Origin: a virus
Taxonomy: Duplodnaviria > Caudoviricetes
DNA length: 64,000 nt
IMG/VR virus record: IMGVR_UViG_3300030330_002422
Location: 3,574-67,573 of that record
Direction: 5' to 3' (one strand)
Shown here: in pieces, positions 32,037-39,878 of the stretch
How positions within the stretch are numbered: the stretch's first letter is position 1
Layout of the letters: every line of letters begins with the position of its first letter
Translations under genes and position numbers: made by a program
Notes under the pieces: generated by a model
Database searches by the model: none
Told to the model about the DNA's origin: nothing
The model's input: the letters and a program-made list of their open reading frames with translations, nothing else

Positions 32037-32570
32037 TTATCCTCTTAAAAATTTATCACTTTGAAAGTTTTCTCCAGTTTTGTTAACGTTTCTTCCTTTT
32101 TCTCCTTTTCTTATTTTTCTTTTTCTAACGTTAGCTACTCTTAATCTAACAGCATTTCCAGCAGCATCAACAATTCTTTTAAAACTACCACCTTTTCTTG
32201 GGCCCGATCCGCTGCTTGGTCTTCTTTGATAGCCTGGAGCTTTTCCTAACGCTATATCTCCAGCGGTATAAGTCCTACCTGCTCCAGGTCTAGGCCTTCT
32301 CATTGGTCTTTTTGTCATCACGGCCATTGCTGCGCCTTTGATGCCTTTACCCATAACACCTTTGATACCCATTAATTTTTGATCTGGTCTAGCAGACCCA
32401 GGTCTTCTTCTACTTCTTCCTTTACTACCCGGCCCTCTTCTTTTGGAAGAAATAGCCTTCATAGCACCTTTAGGCATAGCGGCTTTTGAAGCGGCTATAT
32501 TTCCTTTAACAGCTTGAGAGTCAGCGGCCTTTTGACCTCTCATAGCTCTTCTTCTTGATTTTCTTCCCAT
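32037..32570 (-). CDS. highly basic Arg/Lys-rich protein
   Basis: 177 aa, almost no acidic residues. Confidence 0.55.
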   Translation of the reverse strand: MGRKSRRRAMRGQKAADSQAVKGNIAASKAAMPKGAMKAISSKRRGPGSKGRSRRRPGSARPDQKLMGIKGVMGKGIKGAAMAVMTKRPMRRPRPGAGRTYTAGDIALGKAPGYQRRPSSGSGPRKGGSFKRIVDAAGNAVRLRVANVRKRKIRKGEKGRNVNKTGENFQSDKFLRG

Positions 32571-32689
32571 TATTTCTTTTTCTTTTTCATCATTTTCGCT
32601 TTAGCTTTAGCTTTAGCGTTTGTATTCATTTTTGCTTTCTTAGAAGGTCTTCCAACTTTAGACCCGTATGTTCCTTTTCCGTATGGCAT
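32570..32689 (-). CDS. small basic protein (39 aa)
   Basis: Hand-translated MPYGKGTYGSKVGRPSKKAKMNTNAKAKAKAKMMKKKKK; TAATG coupling to the next ORF. Confidence 0.65.
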   Translation of the reverse strand: MPYGKGTYGSKVGRPSKKAKMNTNAKAKAKAKMMKKKKK

Positions 32690-32692
32690 GAT

Positions 32693-33133
32693 TTATCTGT
32701 TTGTGTCTTTTATCATATCGTCTATTGATTTATTATAGACTTTATCTGTATAAGACTTGTTATTAAAAAAAACACTTCTTTCTGAAGTGGGCAAGTCCTC
32801 CTCGCCTAGTAGTATTCTATATATCCTACTTATCAGCTGTGAACATTTAAAAGAAGTTTTGTAAATAGAATACTTCATTGTAGTTCTATTTCTTTGTCTC
32901 CAAACTTCTATCCACTCTTCTCTTCTGAGACGCTCCCACCTTTCTTTGTCCCAAGAGTAAGTATAAGTACCATCTATAAACTCTTGTCTTGTGAAACGTT
33001 CTTTGCAATCTAAGTATATTAAAAGTTCTAAGTCAGCATCTTTCAACCCGTAAGTCTTACAGGCCCATTTTCTAACGAGCCTGTAATACTTAAGGATATT
33101 CATCTCACGCAAATCTTGCGCAGTTAGTCGCAT
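32693..33133 (-). CDS. putative winged-helix DNA-binding protein
   Basis: 146 aa; LKDADLELLIYLD..FTRQEF..WERLRREEWIEVW..SIYKTSFK pattern is MarR/wHTH-like. Confidence 0.4.
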   Translation of the reverse strand: MRLTAQDLREMNILKYYRLVRKWACKTYGLKDADLELLIYLDCKERFTRQEFIDGTYTYSWDKERWERLRREEWIEVWRQRNRTTMKYSIYKTSFKCSQLISRIYRILLGEEDLPTSERSVFFNNKSYTDKVYNKSIDDMIKDTNR

Positions 33134-33136
33134 CTA

Positions 33137-33463
33137 TTATGTAGCGTAAAGTATCTCAGCGCAAGCAGTGATACCACCACCTACGTAAACACCGTTTTCG
33201 CTATCAGCAATAACTACCATAGGCTCTTTTGTAGAACCAGTAGCAAGAGCAGCGTCAATTACAGCTTTTACAGCTGCTTTTTCGTCAGCACCACAAGTTA
33301 ACTGAACTCTATCAACATTATCACCAGTAACAACGTGGTTGATTCTTTGAGGTGTAAAGTACAGATAAAGATTTCCAGCTGCAGTATCAATACCTTTAAG
33401 AGCTGAAATTGGGTAAGCAGTTGCGTTATCAGCAGCAACAGCAAAGTACAAAAATTTTTCCAT
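33137..33463 (-). CDS. hypothetical (possibly structural) protein
   Basis: 108 aa Ala/Val-rich ORF. Confidence 0.55.
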   Translation of the reverse strand: MEKFLYFAVAADNATAYPISALKGIDTAAGNLYLYFTPQRINHVVTGDNVDRVQLTCGADEKAAVKAVIDAALATGSTKEPMVVIADSENGVYVGGGITACAEILYAT

Positions 33464-33538
33464 TTTTAAAATTTTTAATGATTAATAAATAATTTGTTTG
33501 TCGTTTTGAGTTTAAGGTTTATTGTTTGTGGTTTAGGC

Positions 33539-33796
33539 TTAATCAATTAATACCACGTCAACCGAACGGATAACTTGGTATAATTTATCTTTATATTGTA
33601 CACCATGACCAGCGTGCTTGTCGTAATATACAACATCGTTATCTTTTATTCCCTCGACTAGATTACCAGCAGATAATACTTTTGCTTTTATATATCTATT
33701 ATCTTTATCTAGGTCTTCAGTCATTATAAGTCCTGCAACCTTTTTAGGTTCAGTCTTTAGTTTTTCTACGATCATGTAATGGTTAACTGCTTTCAT
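33539..33796 (-). CDS. groES: co-chaperonin GroES
   Basis: 85 aa; MKAVNHYMIVE..AGLIM..AKVLSAG..IKDNDVVYY; overlaps the groEL end. Confidence 0.85.
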   Translation of the reverse strand: MKAVNHYMIVEKLKTEPKKVAGLIMTEDLDKDNRYIKAKVLSAGNLVEGIKDNDVVYYDKHAGHGVQYKDKLYQVIRSVDVVLID

Positions 33797-35345
33797 TTAC
33801 TCTTACGTTTGAGATTACACAATCAGCTGATATAATAGTTGAAACTACACTTACAGCATTTTTAAGAGCAGACTTTGTAACTAACACTGGATCTATAATA
33901 CCATGTTTGATCATATCTACAGATTCACCTGTTACAACGTCTATACCATTACCATCGTACAGGTCTATATTCACATCTAAACCTGCATTATCTAATATTG
34001 TTTTGAAAGGAGATTTTATTGCATTTAATAAGACGTCCTCACCAATACTATTAGACTTTATACTTTTGGCAGCATTAAGAAGGGCTATTCCTCCTCCAGG
34101 AACGATCCCTTCTTTTAGTGCAGCCTTCGTAGCATAGATAGCATCCTCCACTCTATCTTTCTTTTCCTTAAGCTCAACCTTTGAGTTAGCGCCTACTCTA
34201 ACGATTCCTACGGATCCGGACAACGTAGCTAATCTATCTTCTAGCTTTCTTTTTAGAAAACCATTCTTTTCTTCAGCTATTTTTTTAACTAACTCAGCTA
34301 TTCTATCTTCTATTTCTGGAGTTTCTTCAAGGGTCAACACAGTGTGTTTATCGTCGGTAGAAGCAAACTCAGCTTCGCCTAAGTGATCTACAGTTATTAA
34401 ATCTAAATCATCTCCTAACTCTTCGTTGATCACTGTGGCTCCAGTAAGAATAGCAAGATCTTCAGTAGCATCTTTCTTTGTAGGACCAAAGCCTGGTAAA
34501 TCAATAATGTTAACCTTAATGTTACCTTTAACTTTGTTCATCATTAATGCAGACTTAACCTGTTGTGATACAGGTGCCACGATTAACAAGGCTCTACCTT
34601 TCTTGATGACATGCTCAAGAATCTTTTGTATCTTACGAATATTTGGTATTTCGCTTGATACAATTAACACGAGAGGATTATCTAGCTCGCATTTATGCTT
34701 TTCTGTATTAGTAACGAAGTTTGTCGATGTTAGACCACACTCTAGTTGAACTCCATCTACTAACTCTACGTAAGTGTCCTCTGTTTCCGATGTTTCCATT
34801 AATACAACGCCGTCCTTACCTACTTTAGTATATGCCTCAGCTATAATAGATCCTAATTCTTTATCATTGTTAGCTGATATAGTAGCAACGCTACTTAACA
34901 TATCTCCTTCTACACTTACTGATATATTTTCTAGGTATTCATTAACTTTGTCTGCAGCGGATTTTAAACCACTTTTAACTTCTCTTACAGATCTACAAGT
35001 TTTTATACCTTTTTCTGCTTCTTTTAATAGTGATTGAGCAAGGACGGTAGCTGTTGTAGTACCATCACCTGCTTCTTTCACTGTATTTTGTGCTGCTTCT
35101 TTGATAAGTGTTGCCCCTATGTTTTCAACCGGGTCAAACAAGACTACGCTTTGCGCAACGGTTACACCATCTTTTGTGATCACCGGTTTACCTCGTCCAT
35201 CTTCATATATTACGCACTTACCAGAAGCGCCTAATGTGGACTTAACGGCTTGAGCTAGCTTATCAACACCAGCTATAACTTTATCTTTAGCGGTTTTGCC
35301 AAAATTTAAGTCTTTGACAATCTCGCTAGGTAGATTATATTCCAT
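33783..35345 (-). CDS. groEL: chaperonin GroEL
   Basis: 520 aa; VKSTLGASG, ITKDGVTVA, AGDGTTTATVLAQ, KDRVEDA, GIVPGGG, GIIDPVLV; lacks the GGM tail. Confidence 0.97.
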   Translation of the reverse strand: MEYNLPSEIVKDLNFGKTAKDKVIAGVDKLAQAVKSTLGASGKCVIYEDGRGKPVITKDGVTVAQSVVLFDPVENIGATLIKEAAQNTVKEAGDGTTTATVLAQSLLKEAEKGIKTCRSVREVKSGLKSAADKVNEYLENISVSVEGDMLSSVATISANNDKELGSIIAEAYTKVGKDGVVLMETSETEDTYVELVDGVQLECGLTSTNFVTNTEKHKCELDNPLVLIVSSEIPNIRKIQKILEHVIKKGRALLIVAPVSQQVKSALMMNKVKGNIKVNIIDLPGFGPTKKDATEDLAILTGATVINEELGDDLDLITVDHLGEAEFASTDDKHTVLTLEETPEIEDRIAELVKKIAEEKNGFLKRKLEDRLATLSGSVGIVRVGANSKVELKEKKDRVEDAIYATKAALKEGIVPGGGIALLNAAKSIKSNSIGEDVLLNAIKSPFKTILDNAGLDVNIDLYDGNGIDVVTGESVDMIKHGIIDPVLVTKSALKNAVSVVSTIISADCVISNVRVNESS

Positions 35346-35373
35346 ATTTTATTTAATTTAATTATATTGGTTA

Positions 35374-35667
35374 TTATTTAAAGGTTTTTACAACCTTTGG
35401 TCCTTTTACAGACTCTAATTTCTTTGTAAAATGCTCAACACTACCGTCGATAGCTTTTTCAGCACCCTCTAAAGTTTCTCTACGTGTAACATCTGTCCAC
35501 TCGTCTTTTTTATCAGGGTGTGAAACTTCTGTTTGGTAGTAACCATTTGCTAGTTGTGTGATTCTCCAGTTACTTTTAGTAGCTAGATGCTCCCACTGAG
35601 CCTTGGTTGTTTCATTGATTTGTGGATTATTGGTCCACGTACTAGTTTTGTAATACAAATACGTCAT
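35374..35667 (-). CDS. hypothetical protein
   Basis: 97 aa ORF upstream of groEL. Confidence 0.6.
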   Translation of the reverse strand: MTYLYYKTSTWTNNPQINETTKAQWEHLATKSNWRITQLANGYYQTEVSHPDKKDEWTDVTRRETLEGAEKAIDGSVEHFTKKLESVKGPKVVKTFK

Positions 35668-35735
35668 TTTTGGTTTTATTTATTGGTTAATAATTAGTTT
35701 ACAATAGCATATTTACATGCTAGGTGTCAAGTTTA

Positions 35736-35864
35736 CTATTTTTTCTTTTGTTTCTGCATGAAGGTTCTTCTTCTACCACAGCTAGTTACCTTATATGGGT
35801 TGTTTTTTTGAACATAACCTCTAGTTTTCTTTTTAAACATGTTATTTTGTCTATTACTAGCCAT
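35736..35864 (-). CDS. small basic protein (42 aa)
   Basis: Hand-translated MASNRQNNMFKKKTRGYVQKNNPYKVTSCGRRRTFMQKQKKK; TAATG coupled. Confidence 0.55.
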   Translation of the reverse strand: MASNRQNNMFKKKTRGYVQKNNPYKVTSCGRRRTFMQKQKKK

Positions 35865-35974
35865 TATTTCTTCTTTTTAGTAACTTTTTTCTTCTTACGG
35901 TTAGGATTACCTTTACCACCGTCTTTTTTACTTGCCCAAACTGCTTTTCTTTGAGCTGCACTTTTATATCCCAT
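35864..35974 (-). CDS. small basic protein (36 aa)
   Basis: Hand-translated MGYKSAAQRKAVWASKKDGGKGNPNRKKKKVTKKKK; TAATG coupled at both ends. Confidence 0.6.
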   Translation of the reverse strand: MGYKSAAQRKAVWASKKDGGKGNPNRKKKKVTKKKK

Positions 35975-36108
35975 TACTTTTTCTTTTTAATTTGTGATTT
36001 TTTTATAAGTTTTTCGATTTTAGCAGCCTGTTGTGCGTGCATTTTAGAGGCGTTTTTAAGTTGTTTTACAACTTCTTTCATTTGTTTTATATTGTCGTTA
36101 CGTTTCAT
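35974..36108 (-). CDS. small basic protein (44 aa)
   Basis: MKRNDNIKQMKEVVKQLKNASKMHAQQAAKIEKL...; start moved from 36246 to the ATG at 36108 to avoid overlap with the upstream ORF. Confidence 0.55.
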   Translation of the reverse strand: MKRNDNIKQMKEVVKQLKNASKMHAQQAAKIEKLIKKSQIKKKK

Positions 36109-36112
36109 GATA

Positions 36113-36370
36113 TTATTTTTCTCCACATTTTTTACTAGGATTACCAACTTGTCTCCAGTCCTCTCTTTTGAACCAGTCTCTAAGTGTAGCACCTTTTCTA
36201 CGTGCGCCTCTAACAAAAGAAGAGCTAGATCTCTTATACTTACCACCTTTAGCAGCAGTTCTTTTAGCTCTAGTTACTTTTAACCTTTCAGATTTACTCA
36301 TGCTACGTATTTTACGAGCAGGTAAGCAAACCTTTTTAGTTCCTCCTCCTTTTATTTTCTTTCTAGGCAT
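36113..36370 (-). CDS. small basic Cys-containing protein
   Basis: 85 aa; KKVCLP..MSKSER..AKR and LRDWFKREDW..KKCG motifs. Confidence 0.6.
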   Translation of the reverse strand: MPRKKIKGGGTKKVCLPARKIRSMSKSERLKVTRAKRTAAKGGKYKRSSSSFVRGARRKGATLRDWFKREDWRQVGNPSKKCGEK

Positions 36371-36525
36371 TACTTTTTCTTTTTCTTACGACCAAATCTA
36401 CTTGGACCACCAGCTCTAGTACATCTTACACCCCAACCAGAAGCATAAGCACTAGGCCAAACTTTAAATTTCTTCTTTGCTGCACTTTTACATGCTCCAC
36501 TTATTTTAGTTCTCTTTATAGCCAT
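36370..36525 (-). CDS. small basic protein (KVWPSAYASG family, DUF5872-like)
   Basis: MAIKRTKISGACKSAAKKKFKVWPSAYASGWGVRC...; start at ATG 36525. Confidence 0.6.
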   Translation of the reverse strand: MAIKRTKISGACKSAAKKKFKVWPSAYASGWGVRCTRAGGPSRFGRKKKKK

Positions 36526-36535
36526 GATATATTGT

Positions 36536-36859
36536 TTAACAGTTCCACCTTCTTCTAGCTGCTCGACCTCTTTCACCGGTCCAGCCCCTTGATCTAGCGC
36601 AAAATGATTTTCTTCTTTTGGCAGCTTTGCTACCTCTTTTTAGTTTGGAAGGCGGAGTAGTTACAGCGGTCTTTAATTTACTACCAGGGTTTTTACGTCT
36701 ATACGCTTTAACACCCTTTTCAGTCATACCGCCTCCAGCTTTAGCACCAGTACCAGTAGGATTAGCTTTATTAAAATTCTTACCTCTACCAATAGTTCTA
36801 CGCACGTCAGGTTTACGTTTACGTTTTCTTCCTATGCTAATGCTATTTCGTCTTCTCAT
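36536..36859 (-). CDS. small basic protein (DUF6321-like)
   Basis: GGMTEKGVKAYRRKNPGSKLKTAV..RRKSFCARS..ARRRWNC, a family common in marine phages. Confidence 0.65.
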   Translation of the reverse strand: MRRRNSISIGRKRKRKPDVRRTIGRGKNFNKANPTGTGAKAGGGMTEKGVKAYRRKNPGSKLKTAVTTPPSKLKRGSKAAKRRKSFCARSRGWTGERGRAARRRWNC

Positions 36860-37083
36860 TTTCTTTTACCTTCTTTTTTAGTGCCTTTACCAAAGTTGCC
36901 TCTATTTGCTTTTATAGAAACACGACGAACGCTACCGCCCTTACCATGATGTATGTCAGAGTTTGATTTTTGTCCGATGCGTTGATTCTGTGCTTTACGA
37001 GCCTTACGTTTGGCGGTCATTGCCGCTTTTTTATCTCTAGCTAATTTAGCAGCTCTCGCTGTCTTTGATAATTTTTGTCTCAT
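36856..37083 (-). CDS. small basic protein, possibly degenerate HNH-like
   Basis: 75 aa; DIHH..SVRRVSIKANRG; first gene of the late (-) arm. Confidence 0.5.
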   Translation of the reverse strand: MRQKLSKTARAAKLARDKKAAMTAKRKARKAQNQRIGQKSNSDIHHGKGGSVRRVSIKANRGNFGKGTKKEGKRK

Positions 37084-37388
37084 AGTGATATAATTACACG
37101 TAGTTATAGATAAATAAAAAATGTGACATTAGCTTGTTACTAGTATTACTTTACTACCTAGTGTCATACTTTTTGGTATTACAAATATAGAAGTATAGTG
37201 TAACCCCTATCCTACTGATTATCAACGCGTTACGAAACTCGTTTTGTTTAGGCCCACGGGCCCCGTTTTTCATATTTTTCTGTAAAAGTTTTCACGTTTT
37301 CATATTTATACAGTATATTGTATACATTTTTGACAAACTAACTACGGAATTAGTTCGATAATATATATGTAACTAAAAACAAATAACA
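37084..37388. promoter_or_regulatory. non-coding divergence region between late (-) and early (+) arms
   Basis: Transcription direction and T/A skew switch here; imperfect inverted repeat 37122-37168; GGCC-CACG-GGCC hairpin near 37251-37262. Confidence 0.6.
37333..37365 (+). promoter_or_regulatory. putative early promoter, copy 1
   Basis: ACAAACTAACTACG-N9-CGATAATATA. Confidence 0.75.
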
Positions 37389-37526
37389 ATGTCAAAATCA
37401 ATTATTAAATCAATTAAACAAACTAACTACACTACAATAATAACTACTAAAAGTAATATAGTAAAAGTCTACACATTTAAAACAAAAAAACAAAATAACG
37501 AATATTATAAATCATTAACAAACTAA
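37389..37526 (+). CDS. small early protein (45 aa)
   Basis: Hand-translated MSKSIIKSIKQTNYYTIITTKSNIVKVYTFK...; directly after promoter copy 1. Confidence 0.45.
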   Translation: MSKSIIKSIKQTNYTTIITTKSNIVKVYTFKTKKQNNEYYKSLTN

Positions 37527-37550
37527 ATACGAACTACTGTCGATAATATA
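37518..37550 (+). promoter_or_regulatory. putative early promoter, copy 2
   Basis: ACAAACTAAATACG-N9-CGATAATATA. Confidence 0.75.
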
Positions 37551-37593
37551 AATGTAACTAAAATAAATATTAACTAAATTAAATTAAATTATT

Positions 37594-37833
37594 ATGTCAA
37601 ACAAAATTAACAACTTAACTACAAAAAGATTTGTAATCAGAAAAACTCTAATTGGTACTAATACAGTAATAACATTTACTAACAAAAAAGGTGATACATA
37701 TTCTTACAATCACGACGAAGTATACAATACATTTTCAGATAAATTTGAGTCAATGAACTGTTTTCAAAAGTACAAAAGTTACACTAACTCAAATGTAATA
37801 CCAAAATTCTGTCGACACTTACAAATCAAGTAA
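37594..37833 (+). CDS. hypothetical early protein
   Basis: 79 aa after promoter copy 2; stop codon abuts the hammerhead. Confidence 0.65.
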   Translation: MSNKINNLTTKRFVIRKTLIGTNTVITFTNKKGDTYSYNHDEVYNTFSDKFESMNCFQKYKSYTNSNVIPKFCRHLQIK

Positions 37834-37885
37834 GATTCACTGATGAGACTTGAGTAGTCGAAACACCTTCTATGGTGTCTGAATC
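37834..37885 (+). ncRNA. type I hammerhead ribozyme
   Basis: GATTCA-CTGATGA-GACT(TGAGT)AGTC-GAAA-CACC(TTCTAT)GGTG-TC-TGAATC: full core, three perfect stems, GUC cleavage triplet (cut 3' of 37879). Confidence 0.92.
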
Positions 37886-37898
37886 AAAATATATAACT

Positions 37899-38030
37899 AT
37901 GAAAGTAATTTTTAACAACAAATTCAAAGTATGGACAGTAAATACTATACACACAAATCACATTTTATTCAGTCATAAGTCAAAAACTGAATGTTATGAG
38001 TGGATATTCTCAAAAATGAGTTATGTGTAA
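37899..38030 (+). CDS. small early protein (43 aa)
   Basis: Hand-translated MKVIFNNKFKVWTVNTIHTNHILFSHKSKTECYEWIFSKMSYV. Confidence 0.5.
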   Translation: MKVIFNNKFKVWTVNTIHTNHILFSHKSKTECYEWIFSKMSYV

Positions 38031-38130
38031 ACTGAGAGAGTCAGTGGAATACCTCAACACTAATTCTATTAACTAAACAAACTACCTACTTTACTAAACT
38101 AAATTATTAACTACTAAAATATAAAATACT

Positions 38131-38403
38131 ATGTGGAAAAATATAGATAAAACTAGAATGAAAAGAGAAGTATTAAAGAACATTTGGTTTAACTTAGACC
38201 ACTCAAATACTCCTGAAGTAAAACAAATAATTGTTACTATGGATTCTTATCCTGACAGGTTAGGTTATGGTAAAGTAAAGATAGAAAGTGATACTTCAAA
38301 CGGTTACTCTTCTTACACTTCACTAAGAGAAAATCCTTTCTTATACTTAAGTGAAAACAAAGAGTTTTTGTCAGGTGAATATGAGTTAATTGTAATAGAA
38401 TAG
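38131..38403 (+). CDS. hypothetical early protein
   Basis: 90 aa ORF. Confidence 0.55.
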   Translation: MWKNIDKTRMKREVLKNIWFNLDHSNTPEVKQIIVTMDSYPDRLGYGKVKIESDTSNGYSSYTSLRENPFLYLSENKEFLSGEYELIVIE

Positions 38404-38404
38404 T

Positions 38405-38437
38405 ACAATACAATTACGGACGAGTATCGATAATATA
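38405..38437 (+). promoter_or_regulatory. putative early promoter, copy 3
   Basis: ACAATACAATTACG-N9-CGATAATATA. Confidence 0.7.
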
Positions 38438-38480
38438 TACGTAAATAAAATAATAATAAACTTAAAAAATTAAACTAACT

Positions 38481-38717
38481 ATGTCTAATACTATTAAAAC
38501 TAATTCAATTCAAATTATTAAATTAAACAATAAAACTTATTTACCTTATCAATTACACCAACTACCAAAGTTCTTTGATAAGTACTCAACAGACTTCTTT
38601 TCTCTAAAAGGTTACTGTTATATAAACTTAAATGACCACCCAGATAACTTTAATTTAACTAATTTTAAAACAAGATTAACTTTTAATAAAGATATTCACT
38701 ACACAGAAAAAAGATAA
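38481..38717 (+). CDS. hypothetical early protein
   Basis: 78 aa ORF after promoter copy 3. Confidence 0.55.
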   Translation: MSNTIKTNSIQIIKLNNKTYLPYQLHQLPKFFDKYSTDFFSLKGYCYINLNDHPDNFNLTNFKTRLTFNKDIHYTEKR

Positions 38718-38749
38718 CAAATAAAATACGAACGAGTGAGGATAATATA
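38717..38749 (+). promoter_or_regulatory. putative early promoter, copy 4
   Basis: ACAAATAAAATACG-N9-GGATAATATA. Confidence 0.7.
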
Positions 38750-38781
38750 ATTGAATATAAACTTAATAAAATAAATAAATT

Positions 38782-38976
38782 ATGTCAAAGAAAATAATAA
38801 ATAAAGTCGTAGATGAAACAGTAGATACTATAATAGATAATATAGATGAAGTACTAGTAGATTATATGTTTGACTATGGTAACTATGAAGAGTCAGATGA
38901 CAAGTTCTTTAATGACAAAGAAGAAATGTTTACTAAAGTAGTAGAAGAATTATATAATAGAATAAAAAATAAATAA
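38782..38976 (+). CDS. small acidic early protein
   Basis: 64 aa, Asp/Glu-rich helical core. Confidence 0.55.
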   Translation: MSKKIINKVVDETVDTIIDNIDEVLVDYMFDYGNYEESDDKFFNDKEEMFTKVVEELYNRIKNK

Positions 38977-39089
38977 TATGTCAAGAATAAAAAACTATAT
39001 TAAAAGAGAGTATTTATCAATAATTTGTTTACTATATGTTATGTTTATAGTATCAGTAATGGTAAAAATACTAGTAAATTAAGTAAAAT

Positions 39090-39269
39090 ATGAAGTTTAC
39101 ACATACAACAATTAACTCTTATGGTACAACAACAAGAGAATACACTGTCAACAAAGATAATAAAGTGACAGAAAAAATAAAATTCACCCATGACGAAGTA
39201 GAGTTCGACAAGTGGTTTGAACAAGTGGAAAAAGAATATAAAGAACAACAAGAAAATAAATACTACTAA
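39090..39269 (+). CDS. small early protein (59 aa)
   Basis: Hand-translated MKFTHTTINSYGTTTREYTVNKDNKVTEKIKFTHDEVEFDKWFEQVEKEYKEQQENKYY. Confidence 0.5.
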   Translation: MKFTHTTINSYGTTTREYTVNKDNKVTEKIKFTHDEVEFDKWFEQVEKEYKEQQENKYY

Positions 39270-39270
39270 T

Positions 39271-39534
39271 ATGAAAATAACACTATCAAAATGGAAAGGT
39301 AATACAGTATACTCGTTATACGTAGAAAAGTTCGGTGAAGACCATCACTTGGGTTTCATAAATTCAAAAGAAATTGACAAATTGTTACCAAATGATATAG
39401 AAGATAAGTATGATGCTATACACAAACCGACTCCAGAACAAGAAAGTCTTAATATGGCGATCGGAGCGATGATAAAACAAGATAGAACCTACTTCACAGA
39501 CGATAGAGGTAATCATAGAGACGGTTTAGACTAA
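39271..39534 (+). CDS. hypothetical early protein
   Basis: Start moved to ATG 39271 (MKITLSKWKG), just after the previous stop. Confidence 0.5.
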   Translation: MKITLSKWKGNTVYSLYVEKFGEDHHLGFINSKEIDKLLPNDIEDKYDAIHKPTPEQESLNMAIGAMIKQDRTYFTDDRGNHRDGLD

Positions 39535-39600
39535 TGGGTGCGTGGATAGTACTAGTACTAATAACTATAATGATAGGTAGTTATCTACTAGATGAGTAAT

Positions 39601-39633
39601 ACAAACAAAATACGATAAGTAGTCGATAATATA
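39601..39633 (+). promoter_or_regulatory. putative early promoter, copy 5
   Basis: ACAAACAAAATACG-N9-CGATAATATA. Confidence 0.75.
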
Positions 39634-39654
39634 TATGACAAAAGACTGTTAAAT

Positions 39655-39867
39655 ATGAAATGTATAAAATGTAAAAGTATAATACCTGACGGACGAGTTA
39701 GACTTGGTTACAAAACATGTGTCAACTGTTCTACTACAGAAAGATATGGCTGTGTACCCATCACTTATCATAAAACTGGTAACTCTATCCAGATTATGTC
39801 GGCTAGTCAAGCTGCTGAGATAGCTAAGTCAACTCGCCGTAAAGGTTATGGAACAATGTTAAGATAA
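39655..39867 (+). CDS. DksA/TraR-type C4 zinc-finger protein
   Basis: CIKCKSIIPDGRVRLGYKTCVNC matches CxxC...IP..R......CxxC. Confidence 0.65.
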   Translation: MKCIKCKSIIPDGRVRLGYKTCVNCSTTERYGCVPITYHKTGNSIQIMSASQAAEIAKSTRRKGYGTMLR

Positions 39868-39878
39868 AATAAAGTAAT

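Noticed and set aside
35709-35730. Sigma70 promoter from TTGACA on the minus strand near 35730
   Set aside because: The -10 match is poor (TATTGT) and Bacteroidota primary sigma does not use TTGACA. Kept only as an RTGTRAWWAT copy.
38024-38060. Twister- or hammerhead-like element (TAA-ACTGA-GAGAG-TCAGT-GGA)
   Set aside because: Only a 5-bp hairpin; no twister P4/pseudoknot motifs, and CTGAGAG does not fit CUGANGA.
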